In this document: positions 51,404-64,000 of the stretch, piece after piece | How positions within the stretch are numbered: position 1 is the first letter of the stretch | Layout of the letters: each line of letters begins with the position of its first letter | Assembly (NCBI RefSeq): GCF_001949145.1 | Contig: NW_019091360.1 | Location: 616,137 to 680,136 of the forward strand | DNA: 64,000 nt | Direction of reading: 5' to 3' | Source: Acanthaster planci | Taxonomy: Eukaryota | Translations under genes and position numbers: made by a program | Notes under the pieces: model-generated | Databases searched by the model: none | What the model saw: the letters and a program-made list of their open reading frames with translations, nothing else | What the model was told of the DNA's origin: nothing

Positions 51404-51720
51404 GGGTGCGTTCGATTAGCTTCCGTGAAAACACCAGTGTTACACTCAAGGGAAGCCTCAAAATGAGGCTTATCGAACGCTGCAGTGTGTTTTCCAAGGC
51501 ATTCTGGGAAAAAGGTCAAGTCACCGCCACGTTCCATCAGGTACGTCCATGCACGAACAGTCCATCCGTGACGTCATTACACTCGGGCAGCCTCCAGAGA
51601 CCCGCTCGCCAGCCGGGGTAGTAGTGGCTGACACCAGGGCAGGCACGAACATCACGTGATGGCTAAACGAACGCTCTCGTGTAAGTTTGACTTACACGTG
51701 TAAGCTAATCGAACGCACCC
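51404..51720. mobile_element. MITE (Harbinger-like termini)
   Basis: Perfect 19-bp TIR gggtgcgttcgattagctt / aagctaatcgaacgcaccc; no clear TSD. Confidence 0.65.
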
Positions 51721-53191
51721 AGAAAAAGGGGGTGTTACAGTATCCAGCGTTTCCATTCTCTACAAGGATTATTGAAGAACTTGTTCTGTTTTTCAATGTG
51801 CACACCAGCCCTTTGTTTCATGGAGGTCCTGTAAAAGGATTCCTATTTCAGCTTCTCGATCCAGCTATGGATCCAGCACGCGAACGCGTTTATAATGCAC
51901 ACACTGCGCTGTGATGTCCTCAAATCAACACGCCTAAACCCTGCATAATAATTATTTAATTTGTAAAACTCCCGCCTTAAACACCTCACCCTCAAACTGT
52001 AGTCGTTTATTAAAAGGAAATCCTTCCCTTCAACAAGAACCTTTTTCCACAACGTTATAAAAAACGAGTGATGCGTCCCATTGAAATTTTGTCCATTGCT
52101 TTAGGCCTATAGTAAAAAAATTCTTCACGTTCGATCAAAACTTACAGCGCGTGGAGATGCAGCACGCACAACCGACCGCCGCACACAAACGCGTGTGCGG
52201 GCAACGCGTTGACAAGTTGGCACGGCGCAGTCAAAAAGGATTTGCAGGTAAATAAAATATCTCTCCCGAAGACAAGTTTCATCTCGAAAATTAACTTTTC
52301 TGATACAAGTGAAAGTCCCATATAAGAAATATATCATACAGGTTTAAACACTCCGAGTCACGGTTGAAATAAATTATCAATAAAAATTTTTGCCAGCTGT
52401 TCGTGGATCGTGGTCCATCTTTACACAGCTAAGAAACAAGGGATCTGCATGTCATCGCAGCACAATACTGAATGAGAGGACTTTGAACGTAGGGGGCGCT
52501 TGTCGCACAACACCCTTCTGTCCCTACCTGTACCTGCACTGAACAATCCCATGTGTTATTAAACTGCACGCCGAACCGCTCCACGTACGCATTGCGAGGA
52601 AGTTGGACTACACTAGGCCAATTGCCTACTTGATTTCAAATCTAGGATTTGGCAGGAGGGCAGCTATCCGCCCCGAGTTGAAGTGCACCCCCAATCCGCA
52701 AAAGAAACACAGATGGTAGTAAGTTTTCCAAGCGGGTTCTTGCAAGCGTTTATTAAGGAATAAAATCGTTACGCATGCTCAGCGTCAAACGCGCCACTGA
52801 TCTCCATTATAAACGCGTGCCTATGTGGTGAGTATAAAAAACACCCCCACTTTTGTTCCGTTGCAGCTGATAGAGGCTGCTTAACGCAATGGGAACGAAT
52901 TTGCTGGTACTGCACTTACTTTTAAGAGTTGCGTTCACTCGTTCCCATCGCCCGTAATGGACGCTTGGGAGGGCATAATACGCCTCCCACAAAGTTTAGT
53001 GAGAGACACTGCTCCTAACTACAGACGTGCGATGCTCTGTGCAGCAGCTGCTGTGGGGTACCGGTACTTGCTGCCCAACTTCGTGCATTTTTAGCCAGTG
53101 TGCTTTCGTGATTCGATTGTTGCGCACGTTAGACGTGTATACGTGCACGTTCGATATTGTTAAATTCAACATTGTCCAATGAATAGGCTTA

Positions 53192-53368
53192 AGGCCGGTT
53201 TATATTTCAGTTGAATGCGAAAACGAAGCGATTATGAGGTTATGAAAAATTTGCAGCGAAATTTCGCCCGAGTTGAAATGTGTTCAACTTTTGCGAATTC
53301 GCTACGCCAATGTTTGATCTGGCCTTCACAATTCCGTGATCGCTTTTACGCTGAGTATGAACTGGCCT
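53192..53368. mobile_element. PIF/Harbinger-like MITE, TSD TTA
   Basis: tta|aggccggtttatatttcag ... ctgagtatgaactggcct|tta. Confidence 0.7.
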
Positions 53369-56300
53369 TTACTCGATAAAAACTACGCCACCTTGAAATA
53401 GCGTAGTTGCCTTTCCTAGTACGGTACCCCATGAAGGCCCTTGGAAAGAGTGAAAGAGTTACGCTTGTTTGGTCATCTTGGCACTCCTTAAAAAGCACAC
53501 GTAATCAAAAGACAAATCCACGGTATGTGCAATAATGTCTGGGTTTTTAGATATGCAAAACATTTGTGTGGGCAGTTTGACGTGGTGGCATACTCTGCCA
53601 GAACGCAAAATAGTTTTGTGGTTGGTGAGTACCTCATTTAAACAGCTGATGTAGTTAGTCAAACAGGCTGACAACCAGTCAAGGTTGACGATTCCTGCGC
53701 AACATGCAGGGATTTGTTTTGTTGAAGTGCTTAATTTTCACTTTTCTGTAACATGTGCATCAAATTAAATAAGACAAAAAAGGCAACTTGACACCGACTT
53801 ACAGGTATAAACATGGGTATGTAATTCCATCGACACCCGTAACTTCCAATGGTCACAGTTTATTGTATATAAGGCGAGTATGTTGTACACACAGTCACAG
53901 ATGTTTGGGGGCATCGTTGAAGTTTACGAGCAGAGTTCGTTCTATCCCTTGATACTCAGGGATTATGATACCTTACCAAGAATGCAACCATAGTAAATCA
54001 CATCCAAAAACCAGGACTCACGGTCTACCGTACAGGTTTACACGGATTACGATGCTTAAAAGGTTAAATTGTCATTTGCACGCTTTTGCACAACAAATAA
54101 ATCTCAAGATCGGAGAGTTTCTTCATGCCAGGATTTGGACATGAACGGGACAAAAGCACAAAGCAACTATTCAGTCACAAACGCATGGGTTCAGCACTAT
54201 TGACTATGCCTTGAGACGATTTGGCCTTGTATACGCAGACGTTGGTTGAATGACCAGCAGTTAAGCTCAATTAAAGTCGGTATTAAAAAGGAAATATACT
54301 CCGGCTCTTGTCAAGGATACACCAAACTGACACTTTGCTGGATTTTTCATTCGAGTGAATAGTGTAAATCATCAAGAACATAGAAGGCTTATTTTCAGCA
54401 CAACAGCTAGTGGAACTCGGGTGCAATTTCTAAGGGAACCCGGGGTACACACATGTTCTTTCAGGGGAACTAAAACCAGAAATACTGGGCTCCTCGAACT
54501 ATATTGTGTACATACAAGATTGTAAATGGGGTGGGGGACGGACCGATGCACGGCCCCCCGCAGGGGGTGGCCTACCCCACCCCATAGTTACGCCATGTGT
54601 GGTAGCTCAACACTTTGACATAGAGCCTACCAGACAGAAAATTCAACACCTCGTGTCTTCAGACATGATTTTACAGAAAAAAGATTTAGTCCCAATATGG
54701 GTTCAAATTATAGATTTGTGATTTCTGTTTTACCAAGCCCCCCCCCATCACTTCAATCTTGGATTTCTAACAGAACTCGTTGTACGTAGAAATGATTCCA
54801 TGAGTAACAATTTACCTGATTATGACACCACCCAGACAGCAGGCTATACCTTCAATTACATTGCTTTTGTTTTGTGTGGTATTCTCACGTTTATAGCGCA
54901 AAATATTTCGTACATTAAACCTAATCCAAGTATTTGTAGTTAAGGATGCAATTGTTCAGTTTAGACAAAAATGATGCCAGAGTTTGATGAATCATAGAAG
55001 AAGGAAACCGTTTGAAACAGAAATGTACGGCTGCATTCTATTCTTAACATCGAATGTGAGTTAAAATATGAACATTCGCTAAAACTAAAGTCTTATTTGA
55101 CGTTTTCCCGTGGCCTTCGACTAGTTCTGTTAGGAATTATTTTTCCCCTACAAATTGGCATTTTAAATTTCTATATAGCATTCAAATATTGTGAATGGGT
55201 AATGAATTAATTTAGCCAATCGAACCACAATTTGACAGCAAGGGTGTTTTCAATCGAAGAGGCTGGTTCGACACACACATCATGAAAGCACGGCACAGGA
55301 AGTAATATGCAGTCTATTCCTGACCAATCATCTAGTCTTAATTTTCAGTTGAAATATTTCGATTGCACATAAGGCATTATTTTGAAAAACAAGACATGTT
55401 TTTGAAAAGCCATCTCTACTCTAGCACTTTGGCGGTGTTCTCATTAAAGCAAAACTGAAGATATAGTGAAATTATGGTGGAGTTCAATCATCCCTGTTTT
55501 TTAATGATTTCTTTGACAGATTTGTCTGAGTTCATCTAAGATTGCTGAAAAACACTTTCAAAACATGCCCCCTAAAATAATGTTGGGACAAGCACAGTCG
55601 AAATGAATACCACGTGAAAGGGATTTATTAATGTCTGTAGAGCGAACGACATGCAAGGGAGCCCGCTACCTGATATGGTGCCCAATTCCCGGACATCCGG
55701 GTAGTCCTTTGGATCTGGACTAAGTTTCAACACACTCAAGATTTGCCCACTATTTTCCCTTTTCCCGACTATAAAGTAATGAGACGTAGTTGAATTAATA
55801 GGTTTAAAGCCCTAAACAAAGACGTTTGGCAACACTCCTTGAGGAAACTTGGGAAACTCAACTTGAGCAAAGTGAAGGGACTCTAAAATCGTAGTGCTGC
55901 ATCCGCCAGTGGTAGGTTTTAAATATTTTAACTCTCTGACCCGCCGGTCGTACTCCACCGGACTTTCCAAAAAGGGGGAAAATGGGACGATATGACAGAA
56001 AATGACCATAAAGTCTGTATCCCAGTACACACTGCTCACACTTTTGCCGACTCGGCCATTTTGTGAGCATGCGTTCATAATGATTTATCAGGGAAGAGGT
56101 CCATATTACCATCAGTTCATTTGCATTTACACGTTTACCACAGCGTCATTTACTTAAGGCTGTAAATAAGAAAATTGCCAAATATCCAACTTTGTGCAAT
56201 CATTACAGCAAATGCATAGTTAATGTATGTGGGTGAGTGTGTATCCGCGCCGCCGGCATCGTATTAGAGGAACACTTTTCAGGAAACTTTGTGCTGACAA

Positions 56301-59300
56301 AAAGGAAATAAATTGAAATCAAGGGCGTAGACCGCGGCCAAATTCCCCACAATCCGCTTTTTCAATTCTTCACTGTCGTTAGATTTCAGGAATATTGGAC
56401 TCATCGTAATCTTCCACTTCTTGGCTCAGGCCTTCGCCTGTTGTTAAAAACAGAAACTTGTGAAGAACGTACGTCAGTCTGGGTACTGGTCCCCATGTAA
56501 AGTTTGTGGACAGCAACCAGTCTTCAGCAGCTTTCCGGTAGTGTTTTCCCTAGTCGAACAAAATGAAGGGTGATCTGCAGTTAAGTTTAATGGGCTTGGC
56601 CTTTTCAGCGCGGCTTCAAAGAGGGGCAGTTTGATTTTACTGAATAATTCAGGCATATGTTAGCGTAACTCTTCCGCAATGAAGAATATTGCACTTCCTT
56701 TTGCTTTAAGGCTTCCTGTGTTTTAACATACTGGAACAATAGGCGTTCATTCCTGAGACTAGCATCACAAGTGGAAAAACAAGATAACCTTATGTAATGT
56801 TTCACGCTCGACTAATACCGTTTCACGGTGAAAAGTCAACTATGGACGTTTTCCCCCGGCTCAAGCACCGTATTGGCACGGCGTATAGGCCATACATGCA
56901 TGACACATGGTTTCTCCCAGGAGATCTTCACACAATGAGCGGTGGATGCATAACACAACCCAAGAACTATGAACTTCGCATGCATGATCCGGAGTTAAAT
57001 TCTGGTAATTTTCAAAACTGCACTGATAAAAGAATTCCGTCGTCATGATTCACAGTCATGATCAAATTTGCATTTGTAATGGGTCACGAAAACCATGCAG
57101 TCTTATGATCATTCTTCCATTTCAACACGGAACGAAAGCATGATGACCTGAGGGAACGAGTTTCGATTCCGCACCCTTCAGTAGCATCTCGGATCTCCGA
57201 CACTCGGACATCGGTGCTTATTATAGAGGCCAATATATGATTTTTATTTTAAAAATGCTCAACTTAAATCTCTTGATTTTAATCACAATTTGTTTGATAT
57301 TGTGATACACCAATAGCTAAATTTGCTTGTTTTGGAAAAGATAGTAATGCCAACTCAACCCAAATTTTTGGGGAAAAAATTCTGATTTAAATAAAATCTA
57401 GTTTAAAATTTTAAAAATCCGACTTTCATTTCTTTTTTGTAAAAAAACGCTAACCCATGGGTAATTACAGTGTGTTTGGCTGATTTCCTCACATTACTTA
57501 ATAGTAAACATTAATCTTTCGTTTATTTGGGGCCGGTACTTGTAATCTGTATCAATGCACCGCAGCGCAGCAGAAGTTAGAAAAACACCGATATAAGATT
57601 GATAGTATTGAAAAGTTGAACCGTTATTAGACACCTCCAAACAAAACTGTTTGTCACATGTTCCATTCCATCACAAAATAATCGTGTCATGCTAGACCTC
57701 TTAGCATCAATGGGGAATAAGAAAAGCCAACCGATTCAATTCCACAGTGCAATGTAATGGCGGTCGTTTTTTTGATGGAATATCGGAGGAAAATAAAAGT
57801 GGTCCATTTACGCATGACTCATTGCCTTTAATGTCCCGCATCACCTTGATCATAAAATATCAACCGCAAATACAATTCCTGTCGGTGCTAAAGCCTTGTT
57901 CTCGTGAATTTTCTGGGAGAGAGACCGCTCCGAAGACCGCCTTCATCAATGGGTGATTAAACAACCGCCATCTTTCATTGGAAGCCGCAGCGAGGATTTC
58001 ATTACGGCTGTGACCGGCATACGCACTACAATCTCTTTGATGTCGCCGCTATCTATTTAACTCATTCATTTTTCATCGGAGCGAGCGGTACGGCAAATGA
58101 AATTGGCGGAGAGATGGATAGAGTTGACCAATGTATAACGGAGATGGGGATGTCATAATAAATGGAGATTAAATAGAGAACAGACAGAGGAAAGCTGCAA
58201 GAAAATGAGACGAGATATAAGTTGAGAGGTAAGCAGAATGGAAGAAAATGAAAGCTACAGAACGTAGACGCCAGACATTTTTAATAATACATACGACATA
58301 CTTTGTAGTGCTGGATGGGAATATTTAAATACTGGCTACAGCTGCAGTTGGAATATGGACTTTTACCGTGTACTTACATGGATGGCCAGTTTTGCAGAAA
58401 TATACACCTTGATTGTGTCAGAATTTGCATCCAAATGTATATGTACATGCTCCAATACATGTAAAGGGGTAACATTTGGTATTTCAAAGCTGCGTAGGGT
58501 TTTTCTTTCTTACATTTTGTGAATTCTTCTTTTGTTTCAGTTACTAGAAAATAAATGAAATCGCCTATGACGTAAAAGGAGGCCCATTGGGCCCATTGCA
58601 CAAATTCAGTGTAATTTGATTGTTGATGGGTTTGATAAGTTTTCTTCTTGTCTTTTATCCTTGGTGGGGGCACTGCACAGCTCAATGGCGTATCCAGCGG
58701 GGGGGCGACTTACCCCCTCAACTGATTTTTTTTTTAACAAAGAATACTTCATGGTATGAAAGAAAGTAATTGGTATATTTATTTATCAAACATTTAACAA
58801 TAAAAACCCTAAGAAAACAACACTCCAGCAGATAAAAGCAAGGATGTCAGGACCGTGAGTAAGGCTTTTGATTTGTCTCCCCTAAAATCATGTTGAATGA
58901 GCCCACAAAGCTGCATTCGCGTTGAATCCCCCCCCCCCACACACCCAAGTGTGTATTTGCCTGCAACTGGGGACCCCCTATTGTTCCTCTTTTGTTTGTA
59001 CTTAAACTTTTTTACAAGACCACCCATACGTTTTGTTCACAGTTGTCAATCGGGGACCCTCTGTCAATCGGGGACCTTATTGTCCTCTATTGTTCAAGGT
59101 CCCCAATTGAATGCAGAAACAAACTCACACACACCCACACACAAAGCGGGATACGCCGCTGGTTAAGCTGTTTTATCGGAGATATAACTAAACAAAGGAC
59201 ACCTAGATTATTGTGCGGCGCAGAATCAACATATTTATGAAATAATTCATCTCCATGCTTTTAATATGTCTAACTCCTTCAAAAAGATATCCTAATACGT

Positions 59301-61693
59301 CTGAGGATATGCCTATTTGGAAGGGCCGATGTGATGCGTGAATTAAAGTTGATGGACGGACCGAGGGCAGATGTTGCAATAAACCGGATTACTGACAAAA
59401 ATCGCAGCCTTCAAAGCACTGGCAGCTGCTCTGAATGCTATGCGGAATTTATCTGAATGGGAATACCGATTCAGCTTTAGTTCCACCAACCATGAGGATA
59501 AGAATTTTAAAATGTACTACGTGTAGGCAAGTAGCAAATGGGCATTGGCAGATCAGGCGAGGGGCAAAAGAGAGGTAATTTGTAAGAAAATGACTATGTA
59601 AGTTCATTTCCTTTCTTCCAGCCTCACTCCTCAAATGGACCATAAAAGGAAACATAACGAAATTCCCATATCAATTGAAGCACGAAACAATTACCGCATC
59701 CCCCCCAATTATGTTTTGGATCCGCCCATAGGGGAAGGCGTATTTTGCTCCCCATGCCCAGTGACATTCTGCCAACTGGCTGATCTGGGGGCGGGGCAAC
59801 GGGGTTCTAAATTCAGCAGTTCAGCATTGAACAGTTCTACTTTCTAAGACAAGCTGTGTTCGAAGATGAAATGTATAGCTTCTTCTTGTTCAAAATTTGT
59901 AGAAGAGAAATTTTGACCACATTTCCGATTCGCACTTCGACATTTTTGAGGGTTTGTCAAAAATCATGGGAGCGAGAAAAATGGCAAAAATTTCGGGCGA
60001 TAGGTCGCTCACTTTGTGGGGTTCTAAATATGTTTTTCATATTCAACAGTCATATAAACATTTGCCTCTATTGTCTGTTTATTCTAATAACTTTTAGAGT
60101 TTGCCTTTTTTAAAATTGGCCCAAAACAGGGGCGGATCCAAGGGCGTGGGGGCGCAGGCCCCCTTTTTTCCCCTCAGAAAATTAAATAAATAAATTTTAA
60201 GAAGAAAAAAGGGAGGAGAAAAGAGAGGGGTCACACTGCCTGAAATTGCACAGCAGAGCGCCTAAAATCCAAAATGGCTCCGCGGACTCAACGACGTATG
60301 GACATTTACCATTACTGTTTTGGTTCAGCCCCCCCCCCCAATCAGGAAACTCCGGTTTGTGCATTCCTTGCTCTTTGGTTTATGCATACCAGTGAGAAAG
60401 GAAATGCGCTTGGCAGTGATGATTCTTAACCCTAGAGTTATGATACTTTCAACGCTGTTTAAAGCATTTTGGTGGCCTTTTTTAATCAGAAACTTCAAAA
60501 TATGTGGGTATTGTGGTGTGGGCTGTGTTCGAGTTATATAGGTAGTTTTGTACATAAAAGCCTTTTAACCACTGACGTACGTACATGAAGCACTGGTCTG
60601 GTGCACACGTGACACAATCAGCGCTCACTCTTTGTGCACGTGCATTCCGCGTGTACACGTACATGTGTACGTGGTGGTGCAGCATCCCGAACATTTCCTT
60701 AGAGCGGTAGCTGATGCGTAGTTTGCAGATCTGTCATCTTTTCTGATGTTCCTCGTCAAAAAATTTGTTTTTCTGTTTCATATACTCACAGGAAAAAGAT
60801 TGTACAAATTGAAGGTAATAATCTCGTTTGATAAAAATCTAGGGGAGACTTATCTGACGTTTAGAATAATGTGCTGCTTCATAATTATGTACCAAAAAGA
60901 GCCCAGTTCACGGTCCGTTGGGGATGTGCGCTATACCATTTGTTATTAAGTGTTCTCTTTCACGGGTGCCAGGGTAGCTGATGTTGAAATAAAACGAGTA
61001 CCCGGTTCCAAAAATACCCGTAAATGCAAACCCCACCCCAAAAACTTGTTTCTGGATCCGCCCATGATCCCGTCATTCATTTTAAATTCGTCTAAAAAGT
61101 GCATGGCATGTCATTTCCCATGATAAATTTTCAAATCTTCCACGACACCTCAGTTTAAGTTCAATAACAGACTCCTCAACTGTCTGCTATTTTGTTGTTT
61201 ATCACTAAATTTCCTGCACATTTCAAGCTTTTCAAGTTTAAATTTACAAACGTTTAATTCTAATTTCTCACTATAATATATGACCTTTGACATTTTCCCC
61301 TTCATTCTATGCCACTTGGTTTCCCTGGACTAGGGTACCGATTGCCAATATCTTTAACGTGAAAAGGCACGTCTGCGCATATCAAAGGGGGATATTTTAT
61401 TTAGCACTTAGTACCATTATATATCATTTTATTGTTTTAAAAGGTACGTGAAATTCATTAAAAAAACTCTGTGACTGATATCTCTGGTAACTGTACCGAC
61501 ATTTACACGCAAGTGATTTTTTTGTCAACCAATGGGTCGGCTAAAAACTGTGACTGTGAGGTAGCAAAAGACAGGTTTGCATTTGCAAAGGTTTAAAAGT
61601 CGAGAGGAACCGTGCTGATTTATTTGACGAGCATTACCATGGACACAATGGAGTTGAATTTGTGCATACAGAAGTGCAAAACGTCTCCTGTCA

Positions 61694-61874
61694 TACGCAG
61701 CAAGGTATGAGACGGAGAGAACCCCCTGCTTTGTGTTGGTCATTGTCTCGCAGGAATCTGGGGAATTCCTTTCAGACATCTTGGGGGATGTGTTAAGTAA
61801 CAATAGTCTGGAATGTGTATAGGGATTGGACATGTTGGGGGGGTGCCCCTCGGTCTCATTTCTTGCTGGGTATA
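61694..61874. mobile_element. MITE, copy of 14740-14923
   Basis: tacgcagcaaggtatgagacggag ... ctcggtctcatttcttgctgggta; interior colinear with the 14.7-kb copy. Confidence 0.7.
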
Positions 61875-63499
61875 TCTCCTGTCCCACACCTCTGTCAGGT
61901 TGACTACACAAGGAAAGGCTTGGACTGGTCCGCCGCTTTTTTCTTTCTTTCATTTGGCGAGCAGACTACGTAAGTACCGCGCTAGTAAAACTCAGGTTAA
62001 CTCAGTTTCTTCGGTACGCGGCGCGCGTGGATTTGGTTCCACGGTAGTGTCAAAAAACAGCTCAATTGCTCAGGTACCTGCAATGTATGAGCAGGGACGG
62101 ATCTAGCTTTCCGGAAACTGGTATTTAGTGGGTGTACTGAAGGGATGTCCTGCTAAGGGCGGGAATCGATGTAATAGATGGATAGATGGACGGCGCAATC
62201 CTCGTCCAGGATTTTTTTGGGGGGTACCTCTACTCATTTTCCCTCATTTCACTGGAAGTTCCATTTAGTCTGCGGCTGAACGGCGGGGTTGCAAACCCCC
62301 GCTAGATCCGCCTCTGCTGAGGCACAGCAACACAAGGAAATATCTAAGGAAACCACCCGAAATATCAAGCAGATAAGTTGAGCATATTGCGCACCACAAC
62401 AGTGAAACTCGGCAAAGTTCTTATTTTTGAACAAGTGTATATAGAGTCAATCAAGTCCAGAGAGATCCCGTCGAAAAACCATTCCACTCGACGCTCATAA
62501 AACTTTTGAAAGGCTGGGAATCAGTAAAAATCGCCGGTAGCATATCCTGTCCACGCGGTAGCCATTTTGAAAAAGGCTTATGTAAATTTAAAATTCTTGA
62601 CAGACCTAAGGATCTCCCCTTTTACAAGATCTCCCTTTTTACAAAATGGGAGATGTTGCCAAACCCCCCCTTTTTTACACAGAAACGTGTAAAAAGGGGA
62701 TTCGCATAAAATATATCCCCCTTTTTACACAATCAAGCAACCAATCAATCAAATACCACCCAACCCCAAAACAAAAAATAAACAAACTCCCCAACAACCC
62801 AACACTAAAACACCCCAGCAAATTAACAAACAAAAACCCAATTAGGTAATCCCATACGGCTCCGAGATGGGATGAGAATTTTCTAAAACAAACTTTGTTG
62901 ATGTATACCTGCTCTTGTGTATTTGCACATACCATGTTATTTTGTTATTCACCCGTAAAGACAAACGGCCGTTTCTTTGCATTTTATTCCTGAATGATGC
63001 CTTGAAATATGATTTCTAAAATGAGTTGCTTTGGCACTCATTATTCAGCAATCCAATTCATGATGTGCCCTCTAATTCCCGTCTTTCCATCTGCAATTCT
63101 AGGCTGCCAACCTATAAATTTCGGGAATAAAATAAATTAAATACTGTAAATGCTCATTTGAATTATTAGCATCTACTTATAATATCGTGTCAGGCCTTAT
63201 TGTTAAAGCCATTGGAATATCTGTACCTAGTGTTTAGGGAATACATGTGCTTGCGCATACAAACCCATCAGTTGTTAACAACCGATATAGGCCTACACCA
63301 TCGCTCTCTGCTTTGAAAATAAGAACATTTGTTAAATGCGGAGCCAATTAAACTACAAGCTGCATATCACTTTCACAGACCGCCAGCAACTGCTGTGAAC
63401 AAAATTTAAGTTACACGTGTTACTTTTTATACAACCATGACCTGACAGTGCATGTACGCATTGCCACAAGGTTAAAAAACAAATTTGGAAGGTCAACGT

Positions 63500-63850
63500 G
63501 AAGTCACCTTGGCATAATCGAAACGCCGTCGGGCCTGCCTGATGAAAAGCCCTAAAGTTCAATATCGGACAAGCTAACATAAGTGTAAGTTCCTCCGCTC
63601 GCTTACAGCTAAATCAACACTGACAGGTGCTAGTAGGAGCTCATTGGAAAAAAATTCAGGGACACAGCTCCAGTTAGCAATGGCTACAGTTTCAATTTTG
63701 CGCCGACATGGTGTCCCGCATGTATGCCACTTGGTGTATCGCTTATTTTTAGGACTCCGCGGAGACTTTAGGAACACTACAGTCGGCTGCGACTGAAATC
63801 TAATGCGTGTAGTTAAAATGTAAGGCGACATCAACATCACGAAGCCATTG
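63500..63850 (-). mobile_element. Possible highly decayed L2/CR1-type LINE 3' fragment
   Basis: Weak peptide echoes (VPEFFSNELL, RAFHQAGPT) of the LINE ORF2 C-terminal 'APSYLSELL...RAFSVAGP' pattern. Confidence 0.25.
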
Positions 63851-64000
63851 CAATTATCATTGCACGTTTCGTTTTAATGGAAATAATTATATTTGTTATG
63901 CACCTCTGTCCAGGTGATCAGGGTTGTCAAAAAAGATATTAGACCTAAAATGTGTCTACGAGCTAGGCTTTTTGCCATTCAGTCATCAGTCCTGAAATTT

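Noticed and set aside
56600..56805. Possible LINE 3' remnant (SLRNERLLFQ...)
   Set aside because: Similarity too weak to support without a profile search.
52000..63400. Numerous 60-140 aa ORFs upstream of the receptor gene
   Set aside because: None shows a recognisable domain or a consistent splice chain; the region looks intergenic or intronic with MITE fragments.

Overview
Repeat-rich animal genomic DNA (spliceosomal introns; probably a marine invertebrate), with assembly gaps at 1656-2303 and 21375-21425. Host genes: (1) the last three coding exons of SETD2 (end of WW region plus SRI domain; + strand, 1220-11775); (2) a minus-strand secreted protein with a long acidic Ser/Gly-rich N-terminus followed by at least five LDL-receptor class A modules (39332 to <=30551); (3) a minus-strand p75NTR/NGFR-like TNF-receptor-family gene with 4 CRDs, a Cys-containing TM helix and a death domain (49259-45774; first exon uncertain). 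Mobile DNA includes an internally deleted DIRS1-type retroelement in a SETD2 intron (about 7325-9526), an 8.55-kb IS3EU-like DNA transposon (15331-23885), and many MITEs, several nested. The transposon carries a decayed IS3-like DDE transposase and, convergently, a decayed intron-containing gene with apparent SAM-like / ubiquitin-like / HECT E3-ligase architecture. This transposon-borne HECT ligase is the most unusual system in the window. All calls come from reading the sequence by eye; no database searches were run.
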